Below, piece by piece: positions 62,046 to 64,000 of a stretch of DNA of 64,000 nucleotides. Position 1 is the stretch's first letter; each line of letters begins with the position of its first letter. Origin of the DNA: an uncultured Chloroflexia bacterium (GTDB taxonomy: Bacteria > Chloroflexota > Limnocylindria > Limnocylindrales > CSP1-4); contig CAVVNQ010000003.1 of assembly GCA_963749705.1 (NCBI GenBank), positions 583,184 to 647,183 on the forward strand, in the 5' to 3' direction. Below the pieces are notes generated by a model that ran no database searches, had not been told where the DNA came from, and saw only the letters and a list, made by a program, of their open reading frames with translations. The position numbers were made by a program, and so were the translations under genes.

Positions 62046-62294
62046 TTACGCCGGGCGACCCTCCACCCGGGTGGCGGCCCGGCAGGTCGCGACAGCAACC
62101 GAGTCCGCGCCCGTGCTCAAACCGCGCAGCAGCGCGGCGATCAGGGCACGGACCGGGCTCAGCGTCCGCGCGCGGCGCGCCTCGCGCTCCGCGTCGGCGA
62201 CGTTGCTCTGGCGCCATCGCGCCGCGTTCGCTTCCACCTCCCTCGCGCGCTCGCGCGCGAGGTCCAGTGCGATCATTGCGTTTACCTGCCACAT
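62046..62294 (-). CDS. Hypothetical 82-aa helical protein
   Basis: GGAGGAG RBS before ATG. Confidence 0.65.
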   Translation of the reverse strand: MWQVNAMIALDLARERAREVEANAARWRQSNVADAEREARRARTLSPVRALIAALLRGLSTGADSVAVATCRAATRVEGRPA

Positions 62295-62312
62295 GGTGCT
62301 GCTCCTCCGATG

Positions 62313-62420
62313 TCAGTCGTTGTTGGGGTCGAACCCGTCCCGGCTCTCGACGCCGGCGATCGCTGCGAGCGCGCCCAGCAGGGCAAGAGCGGACAGAAGG
62401 GCGGGGATCAGGTTGTCCAT
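62313..62420 (-). CDS. 35-aa hydrophobic small protein (absent from ORF track)
   Basis: GGAGA RBS. MDNLIPALLSALALLGALAAIAGVESRDGFDPNND. Confidence 0.6.
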   Translation of the reverse strand: MDNLIPALLSALALLGALAAIAGVESRDGFDPNND

Positions 62421-62445
62421 CAGCGGTCTCCACGAGGCCGGAAAC

Positions 62446-62525
62446 GTAACCGGCTATGTCTTATTTACTGGTTACGCCATGCTACCGGCTTGCATGTAAC
62501 CTGTCAATAGGTATACGGTGGTTAC
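62446..62525. promoter_or_regulatory. Two GTAACC-N18-GGTTAC inverted-repeat operator candidates
   Basis: Sites at 62446-62475 and 62496-62525 with identical arms and spacer length, in an AT-rich divergent promoter region. Confidence 0.8.
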
Positions 62526-62531
62526 ACGCTA

Positions 62532-63279
62532 ATGACCGAGCACCCGATGACCCACGCACCCACACCACAGATCCGGCCCTCGAAGGGCCATGAGCCAGCG
62601 CCGGCGCACGCGCACAGCGCCGACCTCGAGGCATGCCTCGATTTCATCAACAGCGAGGAGCTGACGGCCGGGATCCCCGAGGAGCACATGCCGACCGTCG
62701 ACTCCGCGGTGGCCTATTTCACCGAGCGCGGCCTCGCCCACGAGGGGTCGCTCCGTGCCCAGGCGGCGCGCGACGGCGAGGCATGGCTCGGCCGGTTGCA
62801 CGACACGCGAGCGGCGCTGCGGCACGTGTGGGACGCGGAGGTCGACGGGCACACGCCCCCGGAGGATTCGATCGCAGATGGTCAACGACGTGCTGCGACG
62901 CATCGGGACGATCGAGCTCGAGGCCGGCCTGACCGGGATCACGGTGGGCCATCGGCACGCGGACGACGATCCGACGGGTGAGGCACTGGCTCGGATCGTC
63001 CAGCCACTGGTGGACGCGATCGCGGCCGGCGAGACGTCGCGGTTCCGGGTGTGCGCCAACGACGGTTGCCGCTGGGTGTTCGAGGACACGTCACGAGCGG
63101 GCCGGCGGCGCTGGTGCGACATGACCACGTGCGGCAACCGGGACAAGGTCCGGCGGTTCCGCTCCAAACGCCGCGGGGCAACCGATGGTGACGCCCAAGC
63201 GGCGGGGGACCAGGGTCAGGCGCGCTCCAGCAGCGGCCGGACCTCGGTCGCGAAGCGGGTCATCGACTCCTCGTCGTAG
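62532..63279 (+). CDS. CGNR zinc-finger / ABATE domain regulator, frameshifted near 62877
   Basis: N-terminal CLDFINS. After a +1 shift: R.CAND.C.WVF.DTSR..RRRWC.M.TCGNR.KVRRFR. Confidence 0.88.
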
Positions 63280-64000
63280 TTCGCGGGGAATCCCGCGATG
63301 AGGTGCCGGTAGCCGAGGTCGAGGTACGGGGCGAGCCTCTCGGCCACGTCCTCCGGCGTCCCGACGGGCTGCTCCGTCCAGTGGTTCGCAATGCGGTTCC
63401 GGTCGAACGCCTCGTGGAAGATCCGCTCGGCCTCGGCCCGGTTGTCTCGGATCACGACGGCGCCCGCGCCGACCGTCCGCTCGATCTCCGCCGGGTCGCG
63501 ACCGACGGTCTCGCAGTGCTGGACGAGGATCGCCTCCTTGCGCCGAACGGTTTCGACGCTGCCGCCGAGGTTGTTCATGTCGGCGTACCTCGCGGCCAGC
63601 TTGAGGGTCACCTTCTCGCCGCCGCCGCCGACGCAGATCGGCAGGTGCGCCTGGATCGGCCGCGGCAGGTTGCGGGTGCTCTTCGACCGATAGTGATCAC
63701 CGCGCGCCGTAGGCTCGGTGCCGTCGAGCATGCCGCGCATCACCGGCAGCGCCTCGCCCAGCCATCGAAGCCGCTCCGGAAACCCCGACCCGAACTCGAG
63801 CCCGAAGGCCTCGTGCTCCTCCTCGAACCACGCTCCGCCGATGCCCAGGATGGCGCGGCCGTTCGAGATGTGGTCGAGCGTGGTTGCCATCTTCGCCGTG
63901 AGCGTCGGAGCGCGGAACGTGTTGGCGCCGACCATGAGCCCGATCCGGATCTGCCGCGTTGCCTGTGCCCACGCGGTGATCGTGAGCCAGCCCTCGTAGT
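63216..64000 (-). CDS. LLM-class (probably F420-dependent) oxidoreductase, 5' end off-window
   Basis: EGW.T..A.A..T..IRIG.MV, R.P...AKMA.TLDHIS.GR.ILG.G.AW.E.EH..FG, GGGGEK.TL. Confidence 0.9.
   Translation of the reverse strand, partial: YEGWLTITAWAQATRQIRIGLMVGANTFRAPTLTAKMATTLDHISNGRAILGIGGAWFEEEHEAFGLEFGSGFPERLRWLGEALPVMRGMLDGTEPTARGDHYRSKSTRNLPRPIQAHLPICVGGGGEKVTLKLAARYADMNNLGGSVETVRRKEAILVQHCETVGRDPAEIERTVGAGAVVIRDNRAEAERIFHEAFDRNRIANHWTEQPVGTPEDVAERLAPYLDLGYRHLIAGFPANYDEESMTRFATEVRPLLERA

Overview
Very GC-rich bacterial chromosome segment, most consistent with a Chloroflexota genome, possibly a Limnocylindria-like lineage (inferred from gene content only). It holds a complete selenocysteine-insertion cluster (selD, tRNA-Sec, selA, selB, plus mobA) interleaved with two non-pyrrolysine MttB-family methyltransferases. 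Other content: a YhaO/YhaN (SbcCD-like) pair, several transporters, an oxidative pentose-phosphate cluster (tkt-rpiB-zwf-opcA-pgl), psuG, pyrG-tal-[MarR/ABC]-rho, a LysM/M23 peptidase, obgE-nadD-rsfS, comEA-comEC-HD-holA, and a CGNR/ABATE regulator with two GTAACC-N18-GGTTAC sites facing small unannotated ORFs. Window-wide patterns: about 15 apparently leaderless genes, long non-homologous imperfect palindromes in many intergenic spacers, many short local tandem duplications, and 3-4 single-base frameshifts that look like assembly errors. I saw no CRISPR array, IS element or prophage. All calls come from motif recognition by eye; no searches were run.
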